In this document: one piece after another, positions 33,485-35,190 of the stretch
How the letters are laid out: the number at the start of each line of letters is the position of its first letter
How positions within the stretch are numbered: position 1 is the stretch's first letter
Virus genome (UHGV): UHGV-1507218
DNA: 35,190 bases
Source: a virus
Reading direction: 5' to 3' (one strand)
Program-made: the position numbers and the translations under genes
Notes under the pieces: model-generated
The model's database searches: none
What the model was told of the DNA's origin: nothing
The model's input: the letters and a program-made list of their open reading frames with translations, nothing else

Positions 33485-33670
33485 ATGCTGAGACTATCCC
33501 TGAAGAAAGGTGATGCGGTTCATGTCGTTTTACCAGATGGAACCAACGCAATTATCGAAGCGCGGGCCCGTTGCGAACTCGGCATGCACTTCCCCCGCAA
33601 TATCAAGATAACGCGTGAAGATGGTGCATTCCGACCAAAACAAAACCTGATTAAGCGTAATCAGAAATAA
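33485..33670 (+). CDS. 61-aa protein with CsrA-like sequence pattern (candidate RNA-binding translational regulator)
   Basis: Ungapped alignment to E. coli CsrA (also 61 aa) conserves M1 L2 L4 G9, I/L32 G33, P37 K/R38, V/I40, V/I42 and the R44-E45-E/D46 RNA-binding motif. Confidence 0.45.
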   Translation: MLRLSLKKGDAVHVVLPDGTNAIIEARARCELGMHFPRNIKITREDGAFRPKQNLIKRNQK

Positions 33671-33719
33671 CCCATCACTACCGATAGCATTGTGGTCTAC
33701 CAATAAACCGGAGATCACA

Positions 33720-33944
33720 ATGCTACGTTGGCAACCAGGTGTAGTTTTACTTTCAGAATTCGATATCAAAATTGGCAGGCTATCAGCCAGCGTTAGAAAG
33801 AGGACTCTGACCCAGTCCGATATTCAGCGCGCTTGCGATGCAGCAGACAACGCTATAGCCGGCATGCTGAGGAAAGACCATGAAACACGATCACGACATC
33901 ATCACCAGAGAGGAAATGATCGAACTGACGGGGACGCCGCTTAA
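33720..33944 (+). CDS. Hypothetical small basic protein
   Basis: GGAG RBS before ATG at 33720 (MLRWQPG). Confidence 0.35.
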   Translation: MLRWQPGVVLLSEFDIKIGRLSASVRKRTLTQSDIQRACDAADNAIAGMLRKDHETRSRHHHQRGNDRTDGDAA

Positions 33945-34125
33945 AACTAGGCAGTGCGAAGCGCTACGCCGGGCCGGTGTATTTTTCATTGAAAGGGCAG
34001 ACGGCCATCCTAAAACGACGTGGGGCCATTTCCTGAATCCGATTAAATACCGCAACCAACCAGAAGAGATGGTGCGGGAGGAAGAACCAGACTTCGGAGC
34101 TATATTTAATGGCCGGAAAGCGTAA
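33880..34125 (+). CDS. xis: Excisionase-like small protein (DUF4224-like) overlapping the integrase start
   Basis: IITREEMIELTG... pattern of integrase-adjacent DUF4224 proteins; GAGGAAAGACCATG RBS. Confidence 0.45.
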   Translation: MKHDHDIITREEMIELTGTPLKTRQCEALRRAGVFFIERADGHPKTTWGHFLNPIKYRNQPEEMVREEEPDFGAIFNGRKA

Positions 34126-35125
34126 GAACCCCGCCGATAACTGGATGCCGCCACGCGTATATCGCGGTAAGGCGGCGTATGAATTCCGTACGAAAGACAA
34201 CAAAGGGATCCGCCTGTGTGGGTTAAATGAACCACAATCCGCTGTATGGTTGGCATATGAAAAAGCCATGGGCGAAGAAGTTGAGCGCAAAACGTTTCAG
34301 TCTCTGGCCGAACAATTCATGTCTTCCCCTGACTGGCAGGATTTAGCAGCAGAAACCAGAAAAGACTATACGAAATACGCAGGAAAAGTATTGCCAGTAT
34401 TCGGAAAAGTTAACCCTGATAAAATTAAACCTGAACACATCCGGCGCTATATGGATCAGCGTGGAATTGCCAGTAAAACGCAGGCCAACCGGGAAAAGAG
34501 TTTTCTGTCGCGGGTATTCCGCTGGGGTTACGAGCGGGGTTACGTCCAGCACAATCCCTGCCAGGGCGTTAAGAAGTTCAAAGAGACAGCCCGAGAGCGT
34601 TACATCACCGACGAAGAATACAAAGCGGTTTACGATGTTGCTCCGGACGTAGTGCGCGCCACCATGGAAATAGCTTATTTGTGTCTGGCCAGACAAAGCG
34701 ATGTGCTGGCTTTAACTGAAGACCAGATACGGGAAACCGGGATATTTATCCGCCAGGGGAAAACAGGCGTTAAGCAAATCAAGGCATGGTCGCCACGCCT
34801 CCGCGCTGCCGTCGCCCTCGCCCGTTCCCTGCCGTTAAAGCCGGGTATCCGTAGCCTGTTCGTCATTCACCAGACCAGCGGAAGTAAATACACTCGCGAC
34901 GGTTTTAATTCACGCTGGCGCGAAGCCAAAATTGCAGCACAGGAGAAGTATCCACACCTGCAAATAGATTTCACATTTCACGATCTGAAGGCTAAAGGTG
35001 TCTCTGATCTGGAAGGAAGCCTGGAAGAGAAGCAGGCAATTTCGGGTCATAAGAATTCGAGACAAACGGCGATTTATGACAGGAAAACTAAAATTGTGCC
35101 GGTTGTTGGTGGTCAGAAGAAATGA
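34109..35125 (+). CDS. int: Tyrosine-type phage integrase
   Basis: C-terminal catalytic region FTFHDLKAKG ... SGHKNSRQTAIYDRK (H-x-x-R ... Y); N-terminal arm-binding-like domain; location at the prophage end. Confidence 0.85.
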   Translation: MAGKRKNPADNWMPPRVYRGKAAYEFRTKDNKGIRLCGLNEPQSAVWLAYEKAMGEEVERKTFQSLAEQFMSSPDWQDLAAETRKDYTKYAGKVLPVFGKVNPDKIKPEHIRRYMDQRGIASKTQANREKSFLSRVFRWGYERGYVQHNPCQGVKKFKETARERYITDEEYKAVYDVAPDVVRATMEIAYLCLARQSDVLALTEDQIRETGIFIRQGKTGVKQIKAWSPRLRAAVALARSLPLKPGIRSLFVIHQTSGSKYTRDGFNSRWREAKIAAQEKYPHLQIDFTFHDLKAKGVSDLEGSLEEKQAISGHKNSRQTAIYDRKTKIVPVVGGQKK

Positions 35126-35190
35126 ATCAGTATGCGTTCGTAGAAAAATCATCTTCGGACGCATCTTCGGAAATGACGCTTCAGAAATGG

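Overview
The window holds an almost complete integrated temperate phage of about 35 kb in an enterobacterial chromosome. It runs from a 55-nt 3' fragment of a tRNA-Leu(UAA) gene at the left (65-119, followed by the host terminator at 1-22; read as attR) to a tyrosine integrase at the right (34109-35125; attL must lie just past the window end). The genome is a mosaic. The immunity and early genes are lambdoid and Rac-like: a RacR-like repressor without a peptidase domain, a divergent Cro-like gene, ydaT-like, an O-like initiator with internal iterons, a DnaB helicase, nin-region genes (YbcO-like, NinB-like, HNH, MT-A70 methylase) and a leftward recombination operon (Rad52-like fusion, Gam-like, Xis-like, Int). 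The whole morphogenesis module, on the minus strand, is T7-like: gp8-like portal, gp9-like scaffold, gp10-like capsid followed by a terminator, gp11/gp12-like tail tube, internal core proteins including one with a lytic transglycosylase domain, TerS/TerL, and a tailspike with a gp17-like N-terminal adaptor. It ends in a P21-type lysis cassette (pinholin, SAR endolysin, Rz/Rz1). No phage RNA polymerase is present. Features not explained by standard annotation: (1) a conserved GTCGGGATTCCGACC hairpin present 4 times upstream of late operons; (2) a family of at least 13 GGAAAGACC elements, six clustered in a 490-nt untranslated leader and six forming an invariant extended ribosome-binding site (RBS), GAGGAAAGACCA plus start codon; (3) a 61-aa ORF that aligns without gaps to CsrA at the end of the same operon; (4) a near-consensus LexA box over a TTGCGA-17-TATATA promoter driving a small gene, in a phage whose repressor cannot autocleave; (5) a GNAT acetyltransferase translationally coupled inside the virion operon; (6) AT-rich morons.
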